Source of the DNA: an uncultured Eubacterium sp.
GTDB taxonomy: Bacteria > Bacillota > Clostridia > Eubacteriales > Eubacteriaceae
Direction of reading: 5' to 3'
Assembly (NCBI GenBank): GCA_902784045.1
Contig: CACZTE010000270.1
Coordinates: forward strand, 1 to 36,412
DNA: 36,412 bases
In this document: one piece after another, positions 1-9,206 of the stretch
Position numbering within the stretch: position 1 is the stretch's first letter
Layout of the letters: the number at the start of each line of letters is the position of its first letter
Notes under the pieces: generated by a model
Told to the model about the DNA's origin: nothing
Databases searched by the model: none
The model's input: the letters and a program-made list of their open reading frames with translations, nothing else
Made by a program: the position numbers and the translations under genes

Positions 1-38
1 GATATATAAAAATTCATAATAGGATAAAAAGCCGCGAT

Positions 39-2366
39 ATGGTAAAATACAAACAGATTGAAAAGCAAAAACAGGCGAAGGGAAGAAAGGCAGGCGACAT
101 GAAAAAAAGCGAGCGAAAAGTCAACAAACACATCACTGCCATCAAAGGGCTCATTGACGGAGAAGAGCTTACCCTGTCCGCCGCGGTGAGCGTCATCATC
201 GCCAAATGGATGATCGATCATAACCTCTCGCCGGATATCCCCGAACGCCTGACTGACAGCCTAAAACGGGGCGAAATTATGCCGCTTGGCGATATCATGG
301 CTTGCTGGGACAGCGTCAGCGCCGGCGATGATTGGGGAGAGAAAAAAACCATCGCCATCAACGGCCGGACAGGCGTTGCCCTTGAGCGCTTTCTTCAAGA
401 GAACAATCTTTTTGCCGGAAAAGACAGCGCCGTCATCGGACTGTTGTACCAAAAACTATTATCCACGGCGCGTAAAAAACAAGGCGGCGTCTTCTACACG
501 CCGCCGGAACTGGCAGCGTTGCTTGCCCGCATGACGGGACCCGCGGAGGGCCGAATGAAAAACCTCGATCCCGCCTGCGGCGGCGGCGCGCTGCTTGCCG
601 CCATGTACGACAAGCTTCGGGCAGATAATCCGGCATTGACGCACAGAGAAATCCTGCGAGACAGACTTTGGGGTATCGACACCGATGCTTTGGCCGTCAT
701 TGTGTGCCGGTCAGTCCTCGCCTTAAAAAGCCAAAACTATGTCTATCCCGAGCACATTCTCCGCGCCGACGCCTTGTTTGACTTACAAACGCCTCAATGT
801 CGTGCTTTTGACCGCGTCATCGCCAATCCGCCCTACATTGGCCACAAAGCCTTAAAAGGCTCCTATATGGACGCCCTCAGGCAAAAATATCCCCGGGTTT
901 ACGGTGACAAAGGCGACATCGCCTACTGCTTTTATCAAAATGCCGTCAATCGCTTAAAAGACGGAGGCATCGCCGCCTTTCTGGTCTCCCGTTATTTCAC
1001 CGAAGCCCAAAACGGGGAAGGCCTGCGTCGGTTTTTAAGTGAAGAAACCCGAATCAAGCAAATCATCGACTACAACGGCGAGCGGGTCATCAAAGGCGTC
1101 GGCATTGATCCCATGATCATCGTCTTTGAAAAACGGGCGGACACGGTCGGAGATATCGACGTGCGCAAACGCGTGATAGAGAACAACACAAAGCGAAAAC
1201 TGTTCTCGAGAGAACCCCTCAGTCACCCTTCGGGTGACAGCTCCCCTTATCAAGGGGAGCCTATTGCCGACGCGTCATTAATCAGTGATTCGAAAGTCGT
1301 CCTTACCGCGCAAAACGATAACCTTGAGAATTTTCAAAAAATAGTTGACACCGCAAGGCGCAAAGACCCCCAACGCCCATCCCGAAAACCCAAACCAAAA
1401 CTCCGCAAAGCAGCGTTTCCACCGCAATCATGCGTTATGCGTCATGCAACATTCACCATTAATCCGGGGGAACAACAGCTTTCCGACAGTGAAATCCTTC
1501 CCGGCGAAGCAAACAAATCCTTCGACTGTTTCACAATTCCCCAATCCTCCCTCGGCGCGGAGCCCTGGCATTTAAACGACCCGATGACACGTCAGATCGT
1601 CGACAAAATACAAGGCGCTTGCGAGAGCACCCTCGGCAGGGAAGGGGAATTCTTTCAGGGAATCATCACCGGCGCCGACGGTGTCTTCGTCATCAAAGAC
1701 GCGCAAAAAGAAGCCCTCAGCGCGTTATCGCCCTATCTGCGCCCATGGATCAAAAACAGCCGGATTCATCCCTGTCTCATCGATAAAAACGGTCTTTATC
1801 TCATCTACGTCCGGGGAAATGAAACCGATATGTCCCCCGAGCTTGTCGATTATCTCGCGCCGCACAAAGAAAGGCTTTCAAAAAGGCGGGAATGCAAAAC
1901 CGGCAGCATCCCATGGTATGCCCTGCAGTGGCCAAGAAAGCCCGAGCTTTTCGACGGGGAAAAAATCATCTTTCCCTACAAAGCCGAAAAAAACCGCTTT
2001 GCCGTTGATGAGGGAGGCCTCTACTTTTCCGCCGATGTCTACGGCTTTATTCCCGGGAAAACCGACGCCAAAGCCCTTTGCGTGCTGCTCAACTCAGCCT
2101 GCTACAACCGCTATTTCAAATCCTACGCCAAAAAGCTCGGCGGCGCCCTCTACGAATACTATCCCAACACCTTAAAAAGATTAGCAATTCCCGAGGCGGA
2201 TGCGTCAATATATTGTGAACTGGCGCCCTATTATGATATAATAAAAACTTCAAATAACGCGGATGAAGCGAAGGAGAGCGCCGAGGCGATCATCGCCGGA
2301 TATTTCGGCCTGAGCGACGCGCAAAAACGACACATCGGAGTCAACTATGCAAAAAAGCTTTTTTGA
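39..2366 (+). CDS. N6-adenine DNA methyltransferase, gamma-class (Eco57I/TaqI-like catalytic domain plus TaqI-like C-terminal target-recognition domain) with a long low-complexity internal insert
   Basis: 775-aa ORF. Contains GGVFYTPPELAALLARM, SAM-binding motif I LDPACGGGALL (Asp codon at 567) and catalytic motif IV NPPY (825-836). The C-terminal FFQGIITGADGVFVI ... IPWYALQWPRKPELF resembles TaqI_C-type specificity domains. No nuclease domain recognised. The start is uncertain (ATG 39 or ATG 99). Confidence 0.8.
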   Translation: MVKYKQIEKQKQAKGRKAGDMKKSERKVNKHITAIKGLIDGEELTLSAAVSVIIAKWMIDHNLSPDIPERLTDSLKRGEIMPLGDIMACWDSVSAGDDWGEKKTIAINGRTGVALERFLQENNLFAGKDSAVIGLLYQKLLSTARKKQGGVFYTPPELAALLARMTGPAEGRMKNLDPACGGGALLAAMYDKLRADNPALTHREILRDRLWGIDTDALAVIVCRSVLALKSQNYVYPEHILRADALFDLQTPQCRAFDRVIANPPYIGHKALKGSYMDALRQKYPRVYGDKGDIAYCFYQNAVNRLKDGGIAAFLVSRYFTEAQNGEGLRRFLSEETRIKQIIDYNGERVIKGVGIDPMIIVFEKRADTVGDIDVRKRVIENNTKRKLFSREPLSHPSGDSSPYQGEPIADASLISDSKVVLTAQNDNLENFQKIVDTARRKDPQRPSRKPKPKLRKAAFPPQSCVMRHATFTINPGEQQLSDSEILPGEANKSFDCFTIPQSSLGAEPWHLNDPMTRQIVDKIQGACESTLGREGEFFQGIITGADGVFVIKDAQKEALSALSPYLRPWIKNSRIHPCLIDKNGLYLIYVRGNETDMSPELVDYLAPHKERLSKRRECKTGSIPWYALQWPRKPELFDGEKIIFPYKAEKNRFAVDEGGLYFSADVYGFIPGKTDAKALCVLLNSACYNRYFKSYAKKLGGALYEYYPNTLKRLAIPEADASIYCELAPYYDIIKTSNNADEAKESAEAIIAGYFGLSDAQKRHIGVNYAKKLF

Positions 2367-3675
2367 TTTGGAATACGAAAAACAAGCGGAAGAGAACGCC
2401 CCGCTAGCGTCCCGTATGCGCCCCACCACCCTGGAGGATTTTGCGGGACAAGGGCACATCGTCGGAAAGGGAAAACTGCTGTCCCGGCTCATCGCCGCCG
2501 ACAGGCTCACCTCCGCCATTTTCTACGGGCCGCCGGGTACGGGAAAAACCACCCTCGCCGGCATCATCGCCCATCAGACCAAAGCGGCCTTTCACGTGCT
2601 CAACGCCGTCACCGCCGGTAAAAAAGACATCGAGAACGTCATTGCCATGGCCAGGGAAAACATCGGCGTCTACCGGCGAAAAACCATTCTCTTCATCGAT
2701 GAAATTCACCGCTTTAACAAAGCCCAGCAGGACGCCTTGCTGCCAAGCGTTGAAAAAGGCGACATCATCTTAATCGGCGCCACCACGGAAAATCCCTATT
2801 TCGAGATCAATCCCGCGCTGGTCTCCCGCTCCACTGTTTTTGAGTTTAAACGCCTGGAAGCGGAGGATATCAGACAAATTCTGGACAGCGCCCTCAAAGA
2901 CAAAGAAAAAGGCTACGGCGGCATGAACGTCGTCCTCACCGACGAGGCCGCGGAACACCTGTGCAGCGTCGCCGCCGGGGACGTCAGGAAAGCCTTAAAC
3001 GCCTTGGAACTGGCCGTGCTTACCGGGGAAAAAAACGAAAAAGGGGAGATCATAATCGACCTTGACGCCGCCACCGAGTGCATTCAAACCAAGGCCCTGC
3101 AATACGATAAAAAAGGCGATAATCACTACGACACCATTTCCGCCTTTATCAAAAGCATTCGGGGCTCGGATCCCGACGCGGCGCTGTTTTGGATGGCCAA
3201 AATGCTCGACGCCGGGGAAGACCCCAAATTTATCGCCAGACGCATGGTCATCGCCGCTTCCGAGGACATCGGCAACGCCAATCCGATGGGGTTGGTGGTC
3301 GCCGTTTCCGCCGCCAGAGCCGTCGAGATGATCGGCTTGCCCGAGGCGCGCATCAATCTGGCCCAGGCCGTCACCTATTTGGCGGTGTCCCCCAAAAGCA
3401 ACGCGGCGATCATGGGCATCGACGCGGCATCCGAGGCTGTCAGGCACCGCTCCGACGGCAAAGTGCCCGCCCATCTGCGCGACAGCCATTACCGGGGAAG
3501 CGAAGCCCTGGGCAGGGGTGTCGATTACCGCTATCCCCATAACTATCCCGGCGGCTATGTGGCCCAGCAATATTTGCCCGACGATATCAAAGACGACACC
3601 TTTTATCACCCGACGGACCACGGCAGCGAAAAAGCCATCGCCGAACGCTTATCGCGGTTAAAAAACACGAAATAA
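2347..3675 (+). CDS. rarA: Replication-associated recombination protein A (AAA+ ATPase, MgsA/RarA)
   Basis: 442 aa. N-terminal PLASRMRPTTLEDFAGQ, Walker A GPPGTGKTT, Walker B LFIDEIHRF, and the conserved C-terminal MgsA domain (DALFWMAKML..GEDP.FIARR, HLRDSHY). The start overlaps the upstream stop by 20 nt. Confidence 0.95.
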   Translation: MQKSFFDLEYEKQAEENAPLASRMRPTTLEDFAGQGHIVGKGKLLSRLIAADRLTSAIFYGPPGTGKTTLAGIIAHQTKAAFHVLNAVTAGKKDIENVIAMARENIGVYRRKTILFIDEIHRFNKAQQDALLPSVEKGDIILIGATTENPYFEINPALVSRSTVFEFKRLEAEDIRQILDSALKDKEKGYGGMNVVLTDEAAEHLCSVAAGDVRKALNALELAVLTGEKNEKGEIIIDLDAATECIQTKALQYDKKGDNHYDTISAFIKSIRGSDPDAALFWMAKMLDAGEDPKFIARRMVIAASEDIGNANPMGLVVAVSAARAVEMIGLPEARINLAQAVTYLAVSPKSNAAIMGIDAASEAVRHRSDGKVPAHLRDSHYRGSEALGRGVDYRYPHNYPGGYVAQQYLPDDIKDDTFYHPTDHGSEKAIAERLSRLKNTK

Positions 3676-3716
3676 TAAGCATATAAAAGCATAAACAAGA
3701 AAAGGAGAGCACAGAC

Positions 3717-6638
3717 TTGCAAATCAACGAAACACATAACGGATTCGTTTTAAAAGATAAACAGGACATCGCCGAATTCAACGCGACGGCCTACGTGTTT
3801 GAATATGAACAGACGGGAACGCCGGTGATCTACTTAAGTTGTCCGGACGCCAACAAAGTCTTTCAAATCGCCTTTCGCACCCCCAATGCCAAAAGCACGG
3901 GCGTGGCCCATATCCTTGAGCATTCGGTGCTCTGCGGTTCCCGCAAATACCCGGTCAAAGAGCCCTTTGTGGAGCTGGCCAAAGGCTCAATGAACACCTT
4001 CTTAAATGCCATGACCTATCCCGATAAAACCGTCTATCCCATCGCCAGCACCAACGACAAAGATTTCATGAACCTGATGGACGTTTATCTCGACGCCGTG
4101 TTTTATCCCGATATCGACAAAAAGCCCGAGATTTTCCTGCAGGAAGGCTGGCATTATCACCTTGAGAAAGAAGACGATCCGCTGACCTACAACGGCGTCG
4201 TCTACAACGAAATGAAAGGTGTCTATTCCGATCCCGAACAGGTCATCTCCCAGGATGTCTACGAAGCCCTCTATCCCGAGAGCGTCTACGGCTTTGAGTC
4301 CGGCGGCCATCCCGATGACATTCCGAGTCTTTCGTACCGGGATTTTCTCAATTTCCACCACACCTATTATCATCCCTCCAACGCCTTTGTCTATTTTTAC
4401 GGAAACGGCGATATCAAAACCCATCTCGACTATCTGGCGGACAACTATCTCTCGGCGTTTTACTATCACAGAGTTGACAGCGCCATCGCGCTTCAGCCGC
4501 CCTTTGACGCGCCTGTCCGCATTGAGAGCGTCTATCCCGTGTCTCCCGAGGAAAGCGAGGATGCGAAAGATTACATCGCCTACGGCTGGATTCTCGGCGC
4601 CGACCTGCCTTTTGAAAAACGCTTAGCCTTCGATATCCTCTTTAACGTGCTGCTCGGCAACGACAGCGCGCCGCTTAAAAAAGCCATTTTGGATCTGGGC
4701 GTTTGCGAGGACGTCGATTATTCCTATGTGACGGCCCTCAGACAGCCGAGCCTGACCTTGCTTCTGAAAAACGCCGACAGCGGCAAAGAAGAACTGCTCA
4801 CCAAAACCATCCGAGAAACCTTGGCGCGCCTGGCGGAAGAGGGGCTTGACGCCGCCGACGTGGACGCCGCCGTCAGTTCCGCTCTGTTCACTTTAAGAGA
4901 ACAGGAATTCGGCACCACGCCCAAGGGATTGATCCTCGGTCTTGAAATGCTCGAAAGCCAGCTTTACGGGGGAAATCCTCTCACACATCTGAGCTATGAA
5001 AAAGCGATGGCCTCCGTCAAAGATTCCGCGGAGCACGGCGGTCTTGAAGCCCTAATCGCGGACTGCTTGCTGGCAAATCCCCACAGCGTGACTCTCATCT
5101 CAAAACCCGACGGCGACCTGGCGCCCAATCAGGCCAAAGCCCTTGCGGACAAACTCGCCGAGCACAAACAAAATCTCACCGACGAAGCCAAAGCCAGTAT
5201 CATCCGTCAGACCGCGCGCCTCAAAGCCTATCAGGAAAAACCCGATTCTCCGGAAGCGTTGGCCACCATTCCCAAACTCGCTCTGTCGGAGATTGACAGA
5301 AAAGCCAAAGCCTATCCCTACGAAACAGAGGAAATCGCCGGGATAAAACTGCTTTGGCATCCCTTGTCCACCGAAGGCATCACCTATATCAAGCTGTATT
5401 TCGACGCGGCATACGTCAAGCCGGAGGACATGGCGGCGCTCTCATTGTTCAACAAATACCTGTTCCGTCTCGGCACGGGAAAGCGCGGCGTCACCGAATT
5501 AAACCGGGATATCGACACTGATACCGGCGGCATTTCAAGCGGCCTTTCGGTCTATCCCGATGTCTCCGATCCCGACGCCTTTTCCACCATGCTCCTCATC
5601 AAAGGAAAAGCCCTCGACGCTAATGTCGAGAAAATGATCGACATCATCGAGGACGTCCTCACGGACACCCGTTTTGACGACACGGCGCTGATGACCAATA
5701 TCAACCGGGAACTCGCCTTGACTTTCGAAAACAAAATCCTCACCGCCGGCAACGCTCTGGCGACGAACAGGCTCAAGGCCTATTATTCGCCGGTAGGCTG
5801 TGAATCCCAACGAATCGGCGGTCTGGATTTTTACCGCTATGTCAAAAACCTGCCGGAATTTGACAGCCGGGACGCAGGGGAGCTCATCGCTTCGCTTTCG
5901 CGCGTCTATCATCAAATCATCCGGACGCCGCGCCTCACGGTCAGCCTTGCCTGCGCGCCGTCACAAAAACAGCGGGCTGTGAAGGCCTTAAATGACCTTC
6001 TTAACAAACTGCCCGGAGACGACGCCGACATCTTTGCCCGTAACTACACACCCCTTCGCCAAAACGAAGGCATTATGACGCCGTCAAAAATCAATTACGC
6101 CGCTAAGGGCTTCAATCTCGCTCGCTTAGGCTACCGCTATGACGGGTCTCTCTGTGTCCTCAAAAACTTCCTGGCGATGGATTATCTGTGGAACAATATC
6201 CGCGTTAAAGGCGGGGCATACGGCGCCGGCATGGCATTAAACCGCTCCGGAGACATCGTCTTTTCATCTTTCAGAGATCCCCACGTGGGGGGCACTTTCG
6301 CCGCTTTTGACGGTGTCGGCGCTTATTTAAAAACGCTTTCCCTCTCCGAAAGAGAGCTTGAAAAACAGATCATCGGCACTGTATCCGCCAAGGATGTGCC
6401 GGTATCCGAAGCACTGACGGCCGCCGCCGCCGATTCCATGGTTTTCACAGGTCTCACTCAGGAAATGATACAGCGGGAGAGAGACGAAATCCTCGGAACC
6501 ACCGTTGACGATTTAAAAGACAAAGCGGAATTGATGGATGCCCTGATGGCCGAGAACACCCTTTGCGCCATTGGCAGTGAAGCAAAAATCAAAGAAAACG
6601 GAGAACTATTCGATGCGCTCATTACGATCTATGAATAA
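3717..6638 (+). CDS. M16-family (insulinase/PreP-like, M16C) zinc metallopeptidase
   Basis: 973 aa. Inverted zinc motif HxxEH (AHILEHSVLCGS). The length and layout match PreP-like M16C peptidases. TTG start at 3717 is preceded by AAAGGAGAG (3701-3709). Confidence 0.88.
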   Translation: MQINETHNGFVLKDKQDIAEFNATAYVFEYEQTGTPVIYLSCPDANKVFQIAFRTPNAKSTGVAHILEHSVLCGSRKYPVKEPFVELAKGSMNTFLNAMTYPDKTVYPIASTNDKDFMNLMDVYLDAVFYPDIDKKPEIFLQEGWHYHLEKEDDPLTYNGVVYNEMKGVYSDPEQVISQDVYEALYPESVYGFESGGHPDDIPSLSYRDFLNFHHTYYHPSNAFVYFYGNGDIKTHLDYLADNYLSAFYYHRVDSAIALQPPFDAPVRIESVYPVSPEESEDAKDYIAYGWILGADLPFEKRLAFDILFNVLLGNDSAPLKKAILDLGVCEDVDYSYVTALRQPSLTLLLKNADSGKEELLTKTIRETLARLAEEGLDAADVDAAVSSALFTLREQEFGTTPKGLILGLEMLESQLYGGNPLTHLSYEKAMASVKDSAEHGGLEALIADCLLANPHSVTLISKPDGDLAPNQAKALADKLAEHKQNLTDEAKASIIRQTARLKAYQEKPDSPEALATIPKLALSEIDRKAKAYPYETEEIAGIKLLWHPLSTEGITYIKLYFDAAYVKPEDMAALSLFNKYLFRLGTGKRGVTELNRDIDTDTGGISSGLSVYPDVSDPDAFSTMLLIKGKALDANVEKMIDIIEDVLTDTRFDDTALMTNINRELALTFENKILTAGNALATNRLKAYYSPVGCESQRIGGLDFYRYVKNLPEFDSRDAGELIASLSRVYHQIIRTPRLTVSLACAPSQKQRAVKALNDLLNKLPGDDADIFARNYTPLRQNEGIMTPSKINYAAKGFNLARLGYRYDGSLCVLKNFLAMDYLWNNIRVKGGAYGAGMALNRSGDIVFSSFRDPHVGGTFAAFDGVGAYLKTLSLSERELEKQIIGTVSAKDVPVSEALTAAAADSMVFTGLTQEMIQRERDEILGTTVDDLKDKAELMDALMAENTLCAIGSEAKIKENGELFDALITIYE

Positions 6639-8004
6639 ACATATTGTTTCATTATTCATTGTTCTGGCAATCACGCTGGGCTTTCCGGGCGCCGCTTTCG
6701 CGGCGATGCCGTCTTTCAGCGGCGATCAAGCGATTTATCTCGTCGACGAAAAAACCGGAACCGTCCTCGTTGACCAAAACGGTGAAGAAAAATTCTATCC
6801 GGCGAGCACCACCAAAATGCTCACCACCCTGGTCGCCCTCGATTATGTCGCCGACAAAATGGACACCAAAGTGACCGTCGGCGATGAGGTGAACATGGTC
6901 AGCACCGACAGTTCTCTGGCGGAGATCAAACAAGGCGAATCCCTCACCTGGAAAGAGCTGTTTTACGGCATGCTTCTGCCCTCGGGCAACGACGCTGCCA
7001 TCACCATATCCGTCAATGTGGCGCGGATGGCCACCGGCAACAACAATTTGTCCAACGAGGAAGCCGTCAAGCGATTTGTCGAAATGATGAACGAAAAAGC
7101 CGACGAAATGGGATGCGAAACTTACAATTTCGTCAATCCCCACGGCCTTCACGACGACAATCATTACATGACGGCCAAAGATATGTACATCATTTCTCAC
7201 GAAGTCCTCAAAAACAGCGATATCGCGCAAATCGTCAAATCCCCGACTTACAGCCATCAAACCACGACGCCCAACGCCCGCCCCTGGCGAAACACCAATT
7301 TCCTCGTTGTCGATAACGGCAGCGCGGCGCTGTATCCCGACGTCTACGAAAACGGGCAAAATCCTCTGTACAACAAAGAAGCCACCGGCGTCAAAACAGG
7401 CTTTACCGATCAAGCCGGCAGATGTCTTGTTTTTTCGGCGAATACCGATGGCAAAAATCTGCTCGGCATTATCTATAAAGCCGCCGATAACGACGTGCTC
7501 TACGGCCAGGCCAATGAGGTCATTGAATCCCTGAAAAACGATTATAAACAGGTCACCTGGACCGACGAATACAACCAAATGCCCGCTGTCAAGGTGAAGG
7601 GCAACCACTTCTTCGATGGCAACAGCTTAAAGCTCTCAACGGGAAACGCCGCGTCTTCCACCGTGCTCAAAGATAAAGAATCCCAGTATTCCACAAGTAT
7701 CACCCTTAATGATACAACGCTTGAAAAAGTGGACGACGAAACCTATAAAGTTCGCGCCGACATTAAAGAAGGCGATGAAATCGGAAAACTCGACGTCAAA
7801 TTTAACGGTAAAGATTACCAGAGCTTTCCGATTTACGCCGGCAACAAAATGCGTCAGCGCAACATTGTCGACTTCCTATTCTGGGCATTGATTGTTATCC
7901 TGATTATCGCCTTCATCGTATTGGCCAGACTCTATTTTGTTTCCAGAAAAAATAAAACCGGAAAAGGCGCAGCGCATTCCGGAAAACGAAAAAAACGACT
8001 ATAA
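6631..8004 (+). CDS. D-alanyl-D-alanine carboxypeptidase (serine peptidase S11, low-MW PBP) with signal peptide and C-terminal transmembrane anchor
   Basis: The in-frame ATG at 6631 gives MNKHIVSLFIVLAITLGFPGAAFA, a signal peptide. Catalytic motifs are SxxK (ASTTKML), SxN (PSGND) and KTG (VKTGFT). The C-terminal hydrophobic helix FLFWALIVILIIAFIVLARLYF is followed by a basic tail. The 6571 start in the ORF track lies inside the upstream gene and is unlikely. Confidence 0.9.
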   Translation: MNKHIVSLFIVLAITLGFPGAAFAAMPSFSGDQAIYLVDEKTGTVLVDQNGEEKFYPASTTKMLTTLVALDYVADKMDTKVTVGDEVNMVSTDSSLAEIKQGESLTWKELFYGMLLPSGNDAAITISVNVARMATGNNNLSNEEAVKRFVEMMNEKADEMGCETYNFVNPHGLHDDNHYMTAKDMYIISHEVLKNSDIAQIVKSPTYSHQTTTPNARPWRNTNFLVVDNGSAALYPDVYENGQNPLYNKEATGVKTGFTDQAGRCLVFSANTDGKNLLGIIYKAADNDVLYGQANEVIESLKNDYKQVTWTDEYNQMPAVKVKGNHFFDGNSLKLSTGNAASSTVLKDKESQYSTSITLNDTTLEKVDDETYKVRADIKEGDEIGKLDVKFNGKDYQSFPIYAGNKMRQRNIVDFLFWALIVILIIAFIVLARLYFVSRKNKTGKGAAHSGKRKKRL

Positions 8005-9206
8005 TGAAAAAATCATCAGAATTACTGGCATTGCCGGGGGACAATGAAAAACTGAAAGCCGCTATCGGTGACGAAGCGGCGTACATCGTCGACGAAAAAA
8101 CCGGAACAGTCCTCGCTGACCAAAACGCCGATAAAAAGTACTACCCGGCCAGCACCACCAAAATCTTGACCACCCTTGTCGCTCTCGATTACGTTGCCGA
8201 TAAAATGGACACCAGGGTAACCGTTGGCGATGAATTGGACATGCTCGATCCCGAGAGCTCCCTGGCGGAAATCGAGCAAGGCGAATCCCTGACTTGGAAA
8301 GAACTGTTTTACGGCATGCTTCTGCCCTCCGGCTGTGATGCTGCCCTCACGATAGCCGTCAATGTGGCCCGAATGGCAGCTGACAACCAACATTTATCCA
8401 ACGAAGAGGCGATCAAGCGTTTTGCCGAGATGATGAATGAAAAAGCTGATGAAATGGGGTGCAAAAACTACAATTTTGTCAATCCCCACGGCATTCATGA
8501 TGACAATCACTATATTTCGGCCAAAGACATGTACATCATTGCTCATGAAACGCTCAAAAACAAGGATATTGCCCAAATCGTCAAAACCCCGGTCTACAGC
8601 CGGCAAACCGCCACCCTCGGCATCTATCATTGGCAGACCACCAACTATCTCATTTTTGATAGCGAAAGCGCCGCTTTGTATTCAGACATTTTCGAAAACG
8701 GGCATAATCCTCAGTACAACCAAGACGCCACCGGCGTCAAAACCGGTTTTACCATCCCGGCCGGCAGATGTCTTGTCTTTTCGGCAAAGGCGGATGACAA
8801 AAAGATTCTGGGCGTCATCTTCAATGCCCCCAGCAACGCCGTGCTCTACACCCAGGCTAACAATGTGATTGAATCGCTGAAAAACGATTATCAACATGTC
8901 ACATGGACCGATGAAAACCATCAATTGCCGTCTGTCAAAGTAAGGGACAATCACTTTTCAGAAGGCAATTACCTCAAACTCTTCACAGGAAAAGCCGCCG
9001 CGTCTACCGTGCTCAAAGAAAAAGCATCCCGGTATTCGCCAAGGGTCACCCTTAATAACAGTCTGCTTGAGAAAGTGGACGATCAGACTTACAAAGTCCT
9101 TAAAGCAATCAAAGAAGGCGATGAAATCGGAAGCTTAGACATCGAAATCGACGGCATAATTTATCAATGCTTTCCCATCTACGCCGGCAACAAAATGCGT
9201 CCGTAA
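8004..9206 (+). CDS. DD-carboxypeptidase (S11) paralog with a chimeric N-terminus; no signal peptide, no membrane anchor, SxN changed to SxC
   Basis: 400 aa, about three-quarters identical by eye to the mature part of the upstream paralog. SxxK (ASTTKIL) and KTG (VKTGFT) are kept, but PSGND has become PSGCD. The first ~21 codons resemble the 5' end of the U32 gene at 9331. The start ATG overlaps the upstream TAA (TAATG). Confidence 0.85.
   Translation: MKKSSELLALPGDNEKLKAAIGDEAAYIVDEKTGTVLADQNADKKYYPASTTKILTTLVALDYVADKMDTRVTVGDELDMLDPESSLAEIEQGESLTWKELFYGMLLPSGCDAALTIAVNVARMAADNQHLSNEEAIKRFAEMMNEKADEMGCKNYNFVNPHGIHDDNHYISAKDMYIIAHETLKNKDIAQIVKTPVYSRQTATLGIYHWQTTNYLIFDSESAALYSDIFENGHNPQYNQDATGVKTGFTIPAGRCLVFSAKADDKKILGVIFNAPSNAVLYTQANNVIESLKNDYQHVTWTDENHQLPSVKVRDNHFSEGNYLKLFTGKAAASTVLKEKASRYSPRVTLNNSLLEKVDDQTYKVLKAIKEGDEIGSLDIEIDGIIYQCFPIYAGNKMRP

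Noticed and set aside
99-350. A7 homopolymer tracts in the methyltransferase gene (for example 101-107 and 342-348) as phase-variation switches.
   Set aside because: The tracts are only 7 nt long, shorter than typical slipped-strand contingency repeats, and they are common in Lys-rich coding sequence.
2995-3621. Long antisense or alternate-frame ORFs throughout 1-14120. Examples: 2995..3621(-) 208 aa, 6652..7608(-) 318 aa, 13377..14042(-) 221 aa, 1681..2175(+) 164 aa, 4002..4469(-) 155 aa.
   Set aside because: They lie entirely inside strongly supported genes. Their translations are low-complexity (Gly/Arg/Ala/Pro-rich), with no motifs and no RBS. They are the shadow ORFs expected on the opposite strand of G+C-rich coding DNA.
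6571-6630. N-terminal extensions proposed by the ORF track: 6571 for the first carboxypeptidase, 9214 for U32, 20355 for proA, 21121 for the small membrane protein, 32218 for polA.
   Set aside because: In each case an internal ATG with a good Shine-Dalgarno sequence gives the family's canonical N-terminus. The extension overlaps the upstream gene or lacks an RBS.
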